Shown piece after piece: positions 26,780 through 36,917 of a DNA stretch of 50,002 nt. The translations under genes were made by a program, and so were the position numbers. The number at the start of each line of letters is the position of its first letter. The stretch's first letter is position 1. The notes under the pieces were generated by a model. That model had not been told where the DNA came from, ran no database searches, and saw nothing but the letters and a program-made list of their open reading frames with translations. Origin of the DNA: Shigella phage phiL; the sequence record PP134913; one strand, given 5' to 3'.

Positions 26780-27510
26780 AGTTTAAGATCCTTATGGCGA
26801 ACAATTAAAACCGTGTGATCCTGATACCAGCCTGAATAAATATCACGACGCGATAGCTTTCCGAATGCGTGATGCAAGATCTGATTATCACCCAGGTAAA
26901 TCCCTGCATGGTTCCACACCGGAACATTTTGCCCTATTTGCATGATTACCATATCACCAAATGAAGGATTATTCTGATCTGGAATTTCAACAAATCCATC
27001 TTGCCTGTAATAGTCCTGATAGAGATTAATTCCGTACTCAGGTTTCCACCATTCAAAATTCAACCTTCGATCGCGCAATTCTACGCCGTGCTCTTTGTGC
27101 CAAGCCATAACAAGACCGTAACAGTCAAATGAGCCTAAAGACCACGGACGACCAATCAGAGGTAATTTCTCAGGCTTGACAAATCGCATATCTCCTTCCG
27201 GTACGCTAACAATAATCCATGTCACTTCCATCTCATTACACATGCACGTATCGTGAGCGCTTGGAAGAGTTGTAGCTCCGTCCCCGGTGTGACTATGAAC
27301 AATTGCGATCGTGGTTGATTCCGCATCGTCCTCAATACATGCGTACTGCACAGCATCCATCATGAAATGATTTTCAGGATCACGATGCACATTATCGACT
27401 CTGTGGTATTTTTGCACACGGCCCTTTTGGGTAACTACCCCACAGCATTCGCGTGGGTATTCTTCCTGAGCGTGAGTCATAATTTCAAGTTTAATTTTTG
27501 CACTAATCAT
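26776..27510 (-). CDS. tail assembly protein (lambda K-like, JAB/MPN plus NlpC/P60)
   Basis: HSHTG metal-binding motif and Cys/His peptidase-like region; ATGA overlap with L-like stop. Confidence 0.75.
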   Translation of the reverse strand: MISAKIKLEIMTHAQEEYPRECCGVVTQKGRVQKYHRVDNVHRDPENHFMMDAVQYACIEDDAESTTIAIVHSHTGDGATTLPSAHDTCMCNEMEVTWIIVSVPEGDMRFVKPEKLPLIGRPWSLGSFDCYGLVMAWHKEHGVELRDRRLNFEWWKPEYGINLYQDYYRQDGFVEIPDQNNPSFGDMVIMQIGQNVPVWNHAGIYLGDNQILHHAFGKLSRRDIYSGWYQDHTVLIVRHKDLKL

Positions 27511-28289
27511 TGATTTTTCCTCTGTAGTGAAGCGACAGCGCAACCGCCAAAATCCAATTCATTGTTTGCACCGAACCGCAGGCGGCAGGCAGTTACCGTT
27601 CCCGGGCAGAAGTCGAGCGCGGGATCATCTACAGGATTATTGTCTTTGTCAAAGTAACCGCTTTGCCCGTTGTATCCGCAACCTTTCCCTGTTTTATACC
27701 AGCCACGCTGCGCCCAATAGCAAACGCTTTGCGTGAGTCGTGACGGTATCATGATTCCATCCATATCATACGGCGACGTGAGATCGAATCGTGCAACACT
27801 CTTATCGACATAGCTCGGGCGTTCGATATAGTATACCAGCTTCCGATAAGCACCGTCAGCGATTGAGCCATCAGGTTTAATCAAGTCCTTTTGAGTTATC
27901 CAGATTGTCACCTTCGCCTGCATCAATCCGTTATACGCGCGAATCATAGCAGACACTCGACTATCAATGTTTGCTACCGTTAATTGTGGTTTTGTCGCCT
28001 TACCTGAACTGTCGAACGAGATCCCGGATATACCGAACGGTCGCGCGCCGTACTGTTCACCACGGAAGGTAATTTCTTTCGGCGGTAGCGTTCCTGTTTG
28101 CTGGGCCTGCATGATTTCTTCTGGAGTGTACTGGATATTCTCCCCGTGGAATCGGTACACCTGAGCACCGAACTTACTACCATCAACTTCAATAAGGGTG
28201 ATTATCTCGCCAGGATACAGTGATTGTAGGCAGTTGTGAAACAGGCTTCTCCCGCTTTCTTCATCATAAAGTTTTTTGTTTTCGCTCAT
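27507..28289 (-). CDS. minor tail protein (lambda L-like)
   Basis: Position between M-like and K-like; start set at ATG with AGAGGA RBS. Confidence 0.7.
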   Translation of the reverse strand: MSENKKLYDEESGRSLFHNCLQSLYPGEIITLIEVDGSKFGAQVYRFHGENIQYTPEEIMQAQQTGTLPPKEITFRGEQYGARPFGISGISFDSSGKATKPQLTVANIDSRVSAMIRAYNGLMQAKVTIWITQKDLIKPDGSIADGAYRKLVYYIERPSYVDKSVARFDLTSPYDMDGIMIPSRLTQSVCYWAQRGWYKTGKGCGYNGQSGYFDKDNNPVDDPALDFCPGTVTACRLRFGANNELDFGGCAVASLQRKNQ

Positions 28290-28324
28290 TGATTTTTCCT
28301 CTTGTTTACCTGCAACCATTCTAC

Positions 28325-28346
28325 AGCTACAAAAAAACCCGCGCAA
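28325..28346 (-). terminator. intrinsic terminator between M-like and L-like genes
   Basis: Same 15-nt hairpin CCCGCGCAAGGCGGG with 7 T. Confidence 0.6.
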
Positions 28347-28368
28347 GGCGGGATTTTGTTATGTGGCG

Positions 28369-28722
28369 CTAGTTCATAGATGTAAATTGCTCAATAAACG
28401 TTACGTTAATCTCCATCACGTCGCGTGATACTGGCTTCGCTCCCAGGCTGTTAGGCTTAACAACCCACATCCCGATCTTCCCGTCCGGCGGCATCCATGC
28501 GAACGGCTTAATGCGGTGAGAATCGCAGAAGTCGTAAACAGCCATGAAATCTTCCCCGGCATAGACAACTGAATACTCGCGTCGAGTGGTGTTAAATCCA
28601 GACGACGCAAGCTGCATGTAGCCATTACCAAACTGGATGGATCTGTCGTTATTGGTAGTGGTAAGGGAGCCACCGCCCCCTTGAACCTGCGTACACCAGC
28701 CGAAAGTGTCAAGTGTCGCCAT
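28369..28722 (-). CDS. minor tail protein (lambda M-like)
   Basis: 117 aa ORF directly after tape measure gene. Confidence 0.7.
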   Translation of the reverse strand: MATLDTFGWCTQVQGGGGSLTTTNNDRSIQFGNGYMQLASSGFNTTRREYSVVYAGEDFMAVYDFCDSHRIKPFAWMPPDGKIGMWVVKPNSLGAKPVSRDVMEINVTFIEQFTSMN

Positions 28723-28724
28723 TA

Positions 28725-31598
28725 TTAACCTCCTGTTTTTTCCTGAATGTAATTATAAACCTCGCCGCCCTGAGAACAAGACTCACGAATCATTTTTTTG
28801 AACATCATTTCTACACCCTGAGAAATGCCTCTCGGATCTGAACCGTTGTCAACTTTAACCTCCATACCCCTAACGTCAACGACCGTCCCACCTGCTGATT
28901 GGTTTACTGCCTTCGGCGCTGCTTTGGATGCGTTAAATCCAGATGTTGCCACACTACCAGATGCGGCAGCGAGCGAGGTAACAGCAACGCCAGATGATAA
29001 AGACCTAAAACCGGAGGCGGCAGGCGTAGGGGCTGCCTGTGATGCCGCAGAAGCACCAGACGACGCCACTCCAGCAAAGCTCCACGTCTTACCGCCCATC
29101 ATGCCTGAGATCGTATTGAAGATTACCATCTGAGCAATCATCTTTATAATCATGCTAATGATGTTTTTCGCAAAGTCCTCAAAGTTTGCCTTACCTGTAG
29201 TCAGGAATTGGGTCATCATATCACTCATTCCGTTAAGTGAACTTGACGCTATATCATATACGTTACCATACATATCCATTGCGGAATCGCCGTAATCTGC
29301 AAATGCGCTTTCAGCACCTGCCAACCAGTCAGCACGCTTGGCATCTTCCGCTGCATAGTAATCATTTTGTGCCTTGATCATGTTCTGGAGTTTTTCATCT
29401 CCTTCGCTGCCACCTGCATTAATATAATCAGTGGTGATCTTAGCCAACTCAGCTTGTCGTTCCATTTCTCGGGTGCTCATCCCGCGAGACGCGTTTAGCT
29501 GCTCTGTAGCTGCCGTCAAATCATTGACAAATTTCAGTGACTTATCGGTAAGATAGTTCAACTGCTGCTGCTTAACAATCTGATCGCCAATCTCAGCCTT
29601 CTGTTTCGCAAGCTCTAAAACTTTCTCCTGATTTGCAAGTAGTGATTTTTCTTCCGCAGACAACTGACGCTTAGAACTAGCCTCGCGAAGAACAGCGATC
29701 GTAGCCTCAGTAGTAAACAGCGCCTTTCTCTGCGCGGAAAGTTTTTGCCCGATCTCCTTGTGCTCCTGCAATACCTTAAGTTGAGCCTTGAGTGAAATTA
29801 GCTCCTTGTCGAATTGCTCTGTAGGTGAGCGTAAAATTTTCGACTGCTTATTTCGCTCACGGTTTCGCTTTTCGATCTCTTCAGCTTCTTCCTTGATAGC
29901 GTCCTTAGTTTCCTGGATGTACTGCTTCTCAATGGTACGACGCTGCTTCATTGCTTCAACGTATCCCATCTCACCTTTTTCAACACGGGCGTTAATGGCA
30001 TCAAGCTCTGAAGCCAACTGTTCGTAGTTGTCGCGAGAACTTTTTACGATGTTCTCCTGCTCCTTCAGCACATCAGCACCAAAATCACTCATACCAGGCA
30101 GGGATTGCGTGGCCTTGATTGCAGATGCTATAAAGTTTGAGATGTACTCATCACCCTTCGCTAGAATCATTTTTACCTGAATTACCGTCCCCTGAACTAC
30201 GTCAATAATCAGGTTTAATGCCCCGAGAGTGTGATCCCCAACCCACCCCCACGCATCAGAGGCCCACTGCTTAATATCGTTCCACATTTTTTCAAGAGGT
30301 GTGGCATTGTCTGCGATCGACTTCATTCGCTTTTCCATAACTTCGGCGAATAATTTCGTTGCTTCAGACACTGCTTCCGTTTCACCCTTAGTACGGCTTA
30401 GCGTATCGATATATGTCAGTTGTCCTTTTTCCAAAAAGTTGTATTGCTCGTTAAGTTTAGCAAGGCCCTTTACAGGATCGCTTGCGATTTTATCGAACTC
30501 AGCAATGATTTTACTTGCTGATTTTCCTGTTGCTGTAGACCACTCGGCGGTAGCTTTTGTGATGTTCTGAATCTGCTCTCGCGTATATTTCCCCGTGCTG
30601 GCAAGTTCAGTAACAATCTCACGAATGCTTGAAATTGTTGAGTTGCTCGTCTGAGCTACCTTTTTAGCAACAGAATCAAGGTCTTCAGCCGTGACTCCTG
30701 CATAACCTCCAGTCTCAACAAGAGCATTCTGCATATCAGTTATTGACTTGTAAGAGTCATAACCAGCTTTCGCGAGAAGACCTAACGAACCAACGAGAAC
30801 ACCAATACCTGCTGTGACCGGATTAATATAACTGAGCAATACCTTAAACGTGTTGCCGATACCGCCGAAAGAATCCTTAATCTGCCCTCCCTGCTGGATA
30901 GCAACCATCCATACAGGCATACCAGAAGCAAGAGACGTTACGACGTCTGTGATCTGCGCAGGAAGCATTCGCATTGCCTGCCTATATTGCCCTGCGCTAA
31001 TGCCTGCGGCATTCATTGCCCGACCCTGATCTTTCAGTTTTGCGATTAGTGGCGCTGCTTCTTTCGATAAGCCAAGCTCAGCCGCTTTCAGTTCCATCAA
31101 TTCAGCGTGAGTCTTGCCGATCGCGTTAACTTGACCATTCAGGGCATCCATGAATGCCTTGCTTCGTGCTGCCGCCTGTTCTTTTGCTTTCGCTTCCTGC
31201 AATGCCGCCTGGCCCTCTTCCGTCAGCATCGCCCGACTGCGAGCAAGTTTTGCGTTTTGCATATCCAGCATTTCACCTAAACGGAAAAACGTGTCATCTG
31301 GAATAACGCCTTGCTGCCATAGTTTATCAAGCTGCTGGGAAGCAACTTTTAACCTCTCCATTTTTGCAACTGTAGGATCGATTGCTTTCTCTACCGCTTC
31401 GTACTCTTTTCTCTGTCGCTTGAGTTGTTCTGCGTGTTCTTTAGCCTTCTGCTTCGCTACTTCTGCCTCATTGATTAAAGATCCCATAGAGTCAGCGGCT
31501 TGGTCGTTGGCCCTTGAAAACTCTTTCAGTGACTTGACGGCGCGCTGTACTGTTGACACGTCAACGTCAAGAGACAAACCTGCTACTTTATCAACCAT
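28725..31598 (-). CDS. tail tape measure protein
   Basis: 957 aa, coiled-coil rich, Gly/Ala/Ser-rich C-terminal segment; follows G/GT chaperone. Confidence 0.8.
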   Translation of the reverse strand: MVDKVAGLSLDVDVSTVQRAVKSLKEFSRANDQAADSMGSLINEAEVAKQKAKEHAEQLKRQRKEYEAVEKAIDPTVAKMERLKVASQQLDKLWQQGVIPDDTFFRLGEMLDMQNAKLARSRAMLTEEGQAALQEAKAKEQAAARSKAFMDALNGQVNAIGKTHAELMELKAAELGLSKEAAPLIAKLKDQGRAMNAAGISAGQYRQAMRMLPAQITDVVTSLASGMPVWMVAIQQGGQIKDSFGGIGNTFKVLLSYINPVTAGIGVLVGSLGLLAKAGYDSYKSITDMQNALVETGGYAGVTAEDLDSVAKKVAQTSNSTISSIREIVTELASTGKYTREQIQNITKATAEWSTATGKSASKIIAEFDKIASDPVKGLAKLNEQYNFLEKGQLTYIDTLSRTKGETEAVSEATKLFAEVMEKRMKSIADNATPLEKMWNDIKQWASDAWGWVGDHTLGALNLIIDVVQGTVIQVKMILAKGDEYISNFIASAIKATQSLPGMSDFGADVLKEQENIVKSSRDNYEQLASELDAINARVEKGEMGYVEAMKQRRTIEKQYIQETKDAIKEEAEEIEKRNRERNKQSKILRSPTEQFDKELISLKAQLKVLQEHKEIGQKLSAQRKALFTTEATIAVLREASSKRQLSAEEKSLLANQEKVLELAKQKAEIGDQIVKQQQLNYLTDKSLKFVNDLTAATEQLNASRGMSTREMERQAELAKITTDYINAGGSEGDEKLQNMIKAQNDYYAAEDAKRADWLAGAESAFADYGDSAMDMYGNVYDIASSSLNGMSDMMTQFLTTGKANFEDFAKNIISMIIKMIAQMVIFNTISGMMGGKTWSFAGVASSGASAASQAAPTPAASGFRSLSSGVAVTSLAAASGSVATSGFNASKAAPKAVNQSAGGTVVDVRGMEVKVDNGSDPRGISQGVEMMFKKMIRESCSQGGEVYNYIQEKTGG

Positions 31599-31615
31599 AT
31601 AGCCCCCTATATACG

Positions 31616-31635
31616 AAAAAACCGCCAAACGGCGG
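31616..31635 (-). terminator. intrinsic terminator between chaperone T frame end and tape measure start
   Basis: Hairpin CCGCCGTTTGGCGG followed by TTTTTT. Confidence 0.55.
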
Positions 31636-31636
31636 C

Positions 31637-32271
31637 TTAGTTATTCTGCTTAGCAATCATTTCAAGCGCTTTCGCTTCCATGATTCTAACGTCCTGCAAT
31701 GCCAGTTCTTCATCATCTATTTTATAGATTTTGAACAGCATAGGCAAAACATTATAGTCAAGACCATAAGCTCCAGCGCCTGAACTTCTCCACTGAGTGA
31801 GCATTGACGTAAAAACATTCCACGCCTTCACCATTTCAGCGTCGCCAATTATCGTTTCCGGTTCCTCGTCTTCATAGTCAGAAAGACTGAGGCCAACCGA
31901 TCGTAATTGCTCTTCTGTCGGCGGTTTCTGATATAACAGATAAACCGCCCGTTTTAGTTTTTTGCGCGGTGTCCGGCGAGCGCCTTGATGTAAGTTGCCG
32001 TCAGATTGTACGCTGCGGAAGGGTAATACTGTACCAGTTTACGCGCATTCTCTTCGTTAAATTCTTCTTCCAGATTCCACCCGGACGCGATCTTAGTGAT
32101 GAAATCGCTATCATTCATTTCTCCCTGTTTAGTGTACATATCCTGTACTTCTTTACTGGAAAGGTGGCGCACGGTAAAAATAATCGTCGCATCTTCACCG
32201 TTTGGCATGGTGAAAGTAACCGGAAGTTTGAAGTCTGGAAGCTGGCCCAGCACAAAATTGAATTTAGCCAT
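31637..32271 (-). CDS. tail assembly chaperone G-T fusion made by -1 frameshift
   Basis: -1 frame open from slippery site to stop at 31637 with no intervening stop. Confidence 0.5.
31954..32271 (-). CDS. tail assembly chaperone (lambda G-like)
   Basis: Between major tail and tape measure; ends with slippery A_AAA_AAC. Confidence 0.6.
   Translation of the reverse strand: MAKFNFVLGQLPDFKLPVTFTMPNGEDATIIFTVRHLSSKEVQDMYTKQGEMNDSDFITKIASGWNLEEEFNEENARKLVQYYPSAAYNLTATYIKALAGHRAKN
31957..31963 (-). other. -1 programmed frameshift slippery heptamer A_AAA_AAC
   Basis: Heptamer in G frame immediately before the G stop codon. Confidence 0.5.
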
Positions 32272-32290
32272 GATGTTCTCCTGATTGGTT

Positions 32291-32310
32291 GATAGCACTT
32301 TTTGTTAAAA
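32291..32310 (-). promoter_or_regulatory. motif copy immediately upstream of tail chaperone RBS
   Basis: Plus-strand GATAGCACTTTTTGTTAAAA adjacent to CAGGAGA RBS. Confidence 0.45.
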
Positions 32311-32339
32311 GTGAATTGAATAAAGTTGATACGATGATT

Positions 32340-32372
32340 CTACAGAAATGAAGAAGGGGGCGCAAGCCCCCT
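32340..32372 (-). terminator. possible terminator after major tail gene
   Basis: Hairpin GGGGGCTTGCGCCCCC followed by TTCTTCATTT (weak U-tract). Confidence 0.4.
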
Positions 32373-32383
32373 GTGGATGTGAT

Positions 32384-33052
32384 TTAGGCACCTGGAGATG
32401 CCAGAGTGGATGAGACGAAAGTAAAATCACCTTTCAGGGATACGGCGAGTTGTACTGTTTCCATTTCGTTCACTTGCGTAGATGGGATGTCGTTAAAAGA
32501 CAAGATGCCAGCCCACATGCGCATCTCGTTCGCTTTTGGAACATACATACGAACCGCAGTTACCTGACCAGAAGAATCCAGCTTACGCAGAATTGGGTAG
32601 ATCGGGTTATCAAATTCGTGCGCGAAGGTGTAGGTTAGTGAGATCGCGGATTTAAATGTCGGGATCTGCTGCTCCTTATCGTCGGACAAACACTGATAAG
32701 TGTAGTACTGCTGCTCGCCGCCGTCCTGACCAATCTCCTGCACGCATGGGATCTCAGTCCACCCGGTAATTTTTGCAAAGCTCATTGTCCCGCCAGCCGG
32801 AAAAACTAGAGTGTCAGAGGTGTCAATTCCAGCAAGTGTAATCTTTGTTTCCTGGGCGTCAGTGACAATTAGCACACGGCTAACCATTTTAGCCCACGTT
32901 GACTGAGTTACAATAACGTAATTACCTTTAGCTAAATCACCCTTAGATGCAACTGTAGCAACAGGCTGTTTTGCATTAGTAATAGCAGTTGCCTCGATCT
33001 CTTCTCCGCGAGAAGTTTCTACGAAAATTTGCGCGCCATTTGGTAAGTGCAT
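32384..33052 (-). CDS. major tail protein
   Basis: Upstream of G/GT and tape measure; AAAGGAGA RBS; terminator downstream. Confidence 0.65.
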   Translation of the reverse strand: MHLPNGAQIFVETSRGEEIEATAITNAKQPVATVASKGDLAKGNYVIVTQSTWAKMVSRVLIVTDAQETKITLAGIDTSDTLVFPAGGTMSFAKITGWTEIPCVQEIGQDGGEQQYYTYQCLSDDKEQQIPTFKSAISLTYTFAHEFDNPIYPILRKLDSSGQVTAVRMYVPKANEMRMWAGILSFNDIPSTQVNEMETVQLAVSLKGDFTFVSSTLASPGA

Positions 33053-33054
33053 AA

Positions 33055-33453
33055 TTAAGTCTCCTTTGTATCTACTCGTACTGTAAAGCGAACCGGAATC
33101 ATCCACCCGCTTTCATGTTTAACAATTTGATGCACGATTGCACCTTCGAAAATATAACCAACGTTAAGCATTTTACCATCTTTGAAAAAATCGGCAATCT
33201 CTTTTGCTTTCAATCTTGCCTCGTCAACGCCGGAGCCTGGAGGGAACACTACGCCGATCTGAACGATTGCGATGTAAGATTTACACTTTCGGTCAATTGA
33301 TAGATAAAGCGTATCACCTTCAATGTAGTTGAACCTTAGCCACATGCCGCCACCCTTCGGAGGTGTAAAGTTCCTGTTTTCCATGTAGTGAGGAAAGTCT
33401 CTATACTTCGACAGAAATGCGGCGCGCGCCGCCGCTGATAACTCATAGTGCAT
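33055..33453 (-). CDS. tail completion / tail terminator-like protein
   Basis: Position directly upstream of major tail gene. Confidence 0.45.
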   Translation of the reverse strand: MHYELSAAARAAFLSKYRDFPHYMENRNFTPPKGGGMWLRFNYIEGDTLYLSIDRKCKSYIAIVQIGVVFPPGSGVDEARLKAKEIADFFKDGKMLNVGYIFEGAIVHQIVKHESGWMIPVRFTVRVDTKET

Positions 33454-33886
33454 TTTGTTGTCTCCTTGCTTGCTTTATTGCGTCTGCCATATACGATCGC
33501 AATCTCAATGCAACCAGTCCGACGACGCCGTTTGGTGCTTGTTGTGAATGACCGTACTCAAGAGAGTTTGCATAAATCAACATGTTTGAGAAGTGAACTG
33601 ATGTTATCGCACCTCCACGGCTGAACATGCCATAAGTTTTTGCTTGCTCCTCACTACGGACGACGCTGCCAGTTTTATCGTATCGATTTAATGCGTAGTT
33701 AGGGATTTCGTTAAAAGTTATCTGCCAGTTACCCTTAAATCGCCCTGTGTCGACAGGAGAGCGGCTAACTAGCGCATCGTGAACATCCCTTACGAATATC
33801 TCAATGGCATGTTCTAACGTGCTTTCAGCGGCCTTAATCCACGCATCAATCTCGCCTTGAAATCTACGAATCTGATAATTAGCCAC
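33443..33886 (-). CDS. neck protein, HK97 gp10-like
   Basis: VDTGRFKGNW motif typical of gp10 family; position in head-tail joining block. Confidence 0.55.
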   Translation of the reverse strand: MANYQIRRFQGEIDAWIKAAESTLEHAIEIFVRDVHDALVSRSPVDTGRFKGNWQITFNEIPNYALNRYDKTGSVVRSEEQAKTYGMFSRGGAITSVHFSNMLIYANSLEYGHSQQAPNGVVGLVALRLRSYMADAIKQARRQQNAL

Positions 33887-34259
33887 CGACTGATACCCTC
33901 CGCAATACTGGACGATAGGCGACTGGTTTCAGTGACGCCTGAACCGGGCGAGCATCAACGACAACATGACGAATGCCATCAATCTCTATATAGTCACCTT
34001 CGTTTATTTCATGATCATTATTGAAGATTCCCAAAATGTCTGAGGCGCGGATAGTTTCCCCGTCAATTTCACGCGCGTTCGGTCTTCGCGTCGTGCCGGA
34101 TATTGGAATAACCTGTTCCATAGGTGGGATCTCGAATCCGTTTTCATCATATCCGTATTCACCTTGCTTTATCAGGTTCATAGGTCTTGACGGATCGGTG
34201 AAGAAAGCTACGCCTTTACGAGCCATCCTTTCAATCTGTGAGTAGTTCATTAGCGGCAT
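33879..34259 (-). CDS. head-tail joining (head closure) protein
   Basis: Position and size. Confidence 0.45.
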   Translation of the reverse strand: MPLMNYSQIERMARKGVAFFTDPSRPMNLIKQGEYGYDENGFEIPPMEQVIPISGTTRRPNAREIDGETIRASDILGIFNNDHEINEGDYIEIDGIRHVVVDARPVQASLKPVAYRPVLRRVSVGG

Positions 34260-34660
34260 CCTCCACGGAGTCCTGTCATTAATGCGAATCGACCACGGCG
34301 TCGTGCTTTAAGCTGTTCGAACATCTTACCCCACGGCGTCGATAGCATCATGTTTCCTGACTGGTTCTTCGTCACCTCTCCGAAAGTCTGGCTAAATTCA
34401 CCGCTCAGGGAGAATGACGTAATGCGTTGTGAGTACGATTCAAGATCCTCATCTTCACCTTTTAGCGCCCCATCAAGGAAAGCAAGGTGCAATGCATAAA
34501 GAGCAAGCGCCTTGACGTATGCATCTTTAAAGGTCTTCTGGCATACAAATAGCTCAGCCATTTCTACCCACGCATAAAGCGTTTCGTCTGGAACCTTACG
34601 AAGTGCCGGAACCAGCTTTCGCATTTGCTCGATAACTGCAATTAAAGTTTCTTGATTCAT
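34250..34660 (-). CDS. head-tail connector protein (gp6-like)
   Basis: Position after capsid block. Confidence 0.45.
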   Translation of the reverse strand: MNQETLIAVIEQMRKLVPALRKVPDETLYAWVEMAELFVCQKTFKDAYVKALALYALHLAFLDGALKGEDEDLESYSQRITSFSLSGEFSQTFGEVTKNQSGNMMLSTPWGKMFEQLKARRRGRFALMTGLRGGCR

Positions 34661-34673
34661 AATTTACCCCCAT

Positions 34674-34699
34674 AAAAAAAGGCGCTACGTGAGCGCCTT
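34674..34699 (-). terminator. intrinsic terminator upstream of connector gene
   Basis: Hairpin AAGGCGCTCACGTAGCGCCTT followed by 7 T. Confidence 0.6.
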
Positions 34700-34704
34700 G
34701 ATGA

Positions 34705-34992
34705 TTAATATTCGCCGCCGTCCTCAAGCTCTTTAACGCTTTTGCTATCCCACGGATCTGGCTTCGTGATCTTTGCCATTTCATCGCGGATTTTGCGGTT
34801 GGTTGCACTGTCGTCTTTAACTTCGATTTCTTCGCGAGCAATTAAGCAACGCAGGCCAGGTAAATCAAGAACGGAAGCCGGAAGCGTGACCTCTTCATCT
34901 GGAAGAACTTTAGCAAATGAACCATCTTCAAGACGGAACATCTGAAGAGCTACACCAACGTTTACGATAACAACAGTTTTTTCTTTAGCCAT
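34705..34992 (-). CDS. hypothetical head-associated protein (95 aa)
   Basis: ORF directly downstream of capsid gene, bracketed by terminators. Confidence 0.5.
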   Translation of the reverse strand: MAKEKTVVIVNVGVALQMFRLEDGSFAKVLPDEEVTLPASVLDLPGLRCLIAREEIEVKDDSATNRKIRDEMAKITKPDPWDSKSVKELEDGGEY

Positions 34993-35006
34993 TTTGATTT
35001 CTCCAA

Positions 35007-35034
35007 TAAAAAAGGGACTAACTAAGTTAGCCCC
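35007..35034 (-). terminator. intrinsic terminator directly after capsid gene
   Basis: Hairpin GGGGCTAACTTAGTTAGTCCC (one mismatch) followed by TTTTTTATT. Confidence 0.5.
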
Positions 35035-35041
35035 TATAATA

Positions 35042-36001
35042 TTACACGCCAGTGATTAAGACAATAGTCATCGGGCGATAAATTGTAAGACCAGTACACT
35101 TAGAGGTGCAAGGCACTTTAAAGTGCAAGTCTTTCGGCTGCGCTGGCAGCATGTTAAATGCTTCCGGGATCTCGATGGACATATTCATCGGATTTTTTTC
35201 GTACACCAGCACGCCTTTAGTACCAGCACCGTCGATATCTTCAAGCTCTGCGATAGAGTCGATTTCGATACCCGCATTCTGAGACTTGAAATAGTCCAGG
35301 TAAGACATGGTAGTTTCAGGCATACGGATCGCCAGAACCTTACGCATGGACGGCGGGATCAGGATGTTGGTTGCACGATGCTGGCCGCGTGTAATCGTCT
35401 CGATGGTTTCGATCGCCTGAGTCAATTCCGCTTCAGCAGTTTCCGGCTTCGGAGTTGCTGCATTCATCCACTTACCCGAGGTGATTTTGGTGATGTTCGG
35501 ATGATTGAACACAGACACGATCTTGTGCGGAGCAGAACCTTTGAACACCAGGCGGTTAACCAGTTGGTCGTGTGCTAACTGACATGCGCTTGCCTTGCGG
35601 GTTGACAGTGGTCGACCAGTTGCCTGACCTGCTTTGATTTCATCAATTGAGATCAGATACGCGTTACCCAAACGAAATACCTTGCCGAACTCAGAAGTAC
35701 CCAGGGCATCAACAAGCGGCAGGTCATCTGTATAGTCAGCGATAATCTGCGCAGTACCAACCTTATCAAAGGTCATATACTCAAACGTCTTGTCGGTCGG
35801 AGAAAGATCGGTAGTGACCGGGAATACTCGAAGTGCGGAGCCTACCGGGTAGTCTTCTTCATAGGACTGACTCTTGATGCGGTGTAGTTCCTGAGCGGTC
35901 CAGATACCCATCGTTGCGGCTGCATCCTGTTTTACTCCAGCCTGGATCAGATACATTTCAACATTGCTCTTATCTGCTTCATCAAATTTTTTAGTAGTCA
36001 T
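35042..36001 (-). CDS. major capsid protein
   Basis: 319 aa; AAGGAGAAG RBS; flanked by terminators; follows scaffold and head proteins. Confidence 0.65.
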   Translation of the reverse strand: MTTKKFDEADKSNVEMYLIQAGVKQDAAATMGIWTAQELHRIKSQSYEEDYPVGSALRVFPVTTDLSPTDKTFEYMTFDKVGTAQIIADYTDDLPLVDALGTSEFGKVFRLGNAYLISIDEIKAGQATGRPLSTRKASACQLAHDQLVNRLVFKGSAPHKIVSVFNHPNITKITSGKWMNAATPKPETAEAELTQAIETIETITRGQHRATNILIPPSMRKVLAIRMPETTMSYLDYFKSQNAGIEIDSIAELEDIDGAGTKGVLVYEKNPMNMSIEIPEAFNMLPAQPKDLHFKVPCTSKCTGLTIYRPMTIVLITGV

Positions 36002-36021
36002 GATTACTTCTCCTTAGTTAA

Positions 36022-36049
36022 TAAAAAAGCCGTGATTATGTTCACGGCT
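36022..36049 (-). terminator. intrinsic terminator immediately upstream of capsid RBS
   Basis: Hairpin GCCGTGAACATAATCACGGC followed by TTTTTTATT. Confidence 0.6.
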
Positions 36050-36054
36050 TCAAT

Positions 36055-36074
36055 AATAGCACTTTTTGTTAAAG
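36055..36074 (-). promoter_or_regulatory. motif copy upstream of capsid gene, followed by terminator hairpin
   Basis: Plus-strand AATAGCACTTTTTGTTAAAG. Confidence 0.45.
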
Positions 36075-36092
36075 CGTCAAAGTATTTTTATG

Positions 36093-36857
36093 TTATGAGT
36101 CTTCTTCGGCTGGCGTAGCATCAAAGACATAAGTGATCGATTCTTTAGTTTTGCTGGCATCGTTAGCCACCCAATTTACGTTTACGCTACCTGCTGAATC
36201 TCCACCAATTGGAGTAAGAACGCCAGATTTTGGATCTATTGTCGCAACATTTTCAGCATCAACAGACCACACGCCAGTTTTATTGGTGGCGTTGTCAGGT
36301 TTTACGGCAACGTTAAATTGCACAGGTGCATTGTTTGGCTGCGGACTCTCCTTGTTAGTGGTAATCGTCGCAGACTTAACAAGAACCACAGGAGCGGGTG
36401 GAGGTGGGGTAATGAAAGCATTTTGCTTCACCTGTACCTCAATAATGTACCCGTCATCGTGCTTAACAAATCCACCAGCAAATGTCCAACCTACGGAACC
36501 AGAGCTACCAGTAACAACACCACCAGATCCAAATTGTAACTTTGAGAATAAGGCCGGAGATTCATCAAGAGAAGTGAGGGTCCACATGCGACCATGAGAA
36601 ACGACGTTGCAAACTTCACCGTCTAGGATTTTACCGCTCAGGTGTTCATATTGGGAACGGAAAGCTATACCGTAAGGAGTTCCACCATCAGCAAGCGCCT
36701 TTACAACCTTCACTCCATCAACGATCCCGACAACCTGAACCGCAGCGCCGAACTCAATATCACCCTGAGCAACACAAGATCCATCAATATTGTAGGCTGA
36801 AGTATCAGAAAGATTCCCTGGGCACGCTGGGCGCAACATTAAATTTTCGTAAGCCAT
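36093..36857 (-). CDS. head protein with C-terminal Ig-like domain (paralog of 36918..37394)
   Basis: N-terminal 150 aa aligns with neighbour (YNIDGxCV, GAAVxVV, YGxAxRS, SxGRxW); PPPPAP linker then beta-rich domain. Confidence 0.55.
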   Translation of the reverse strand: MAYENLMLRPACPGNLSDTSAYNIDGSCVAQGDIEFGAAVQVVGIVDGVKVVKALADGGTPYGIAFRSQYEHLSGKILDGEVCNVVSHGRMWTLTSLDESPALFSKLQFGSGGVVTGSSGSVGWTFAGGFVKHDDGYIIEVQVKQNAFITPPPPAPVVLVKSATITTNKESPQPNNAPVQFNVAVKPDNATNKTGVWSVDAENVATIDPKSGVLTPIGGDSAGSVNVNWVANDASKTKESITYVFDATPAEEDS

Positions 36858-36871
36858 AATAATTTCTCCAT

Positions 36872-36902
36872 AAAAAAAGGACCATCCAAAAAGGATAGTC
36901 CT
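36872..36902 (-). terminator. intrinsic terminator between the two paralogous head genes
   Basis: Hairpin AGGACTATCC...GGATGGTCC (one mismatch) followed by 7 T. Confidence 0.5.
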
Positions 36903-36917
36903 CATATTAAACGCTAA

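Noticed and set aside
28825-31602. Plus-strand track ORFs inside the tape measure gene (28825..29133, 29788..30027, 30301..30570, 31150..31602)
   Set aside because: Antisense shadow ORFs inside a long minus-strand gene; low-complexity Ala/Ser-rich translations.
34596-34841. ORF 34596..34841 (-)
   Set aside because: Overlaps two well-supported genes (34250..34660, 34705..34992) and spans the terminator between them.
35123-36597. Plus-strand ORFs 35123..35578, 36133..36597 and 36318..36539
   Set aside because: Antisense to the capsid and head genes and without RBS.
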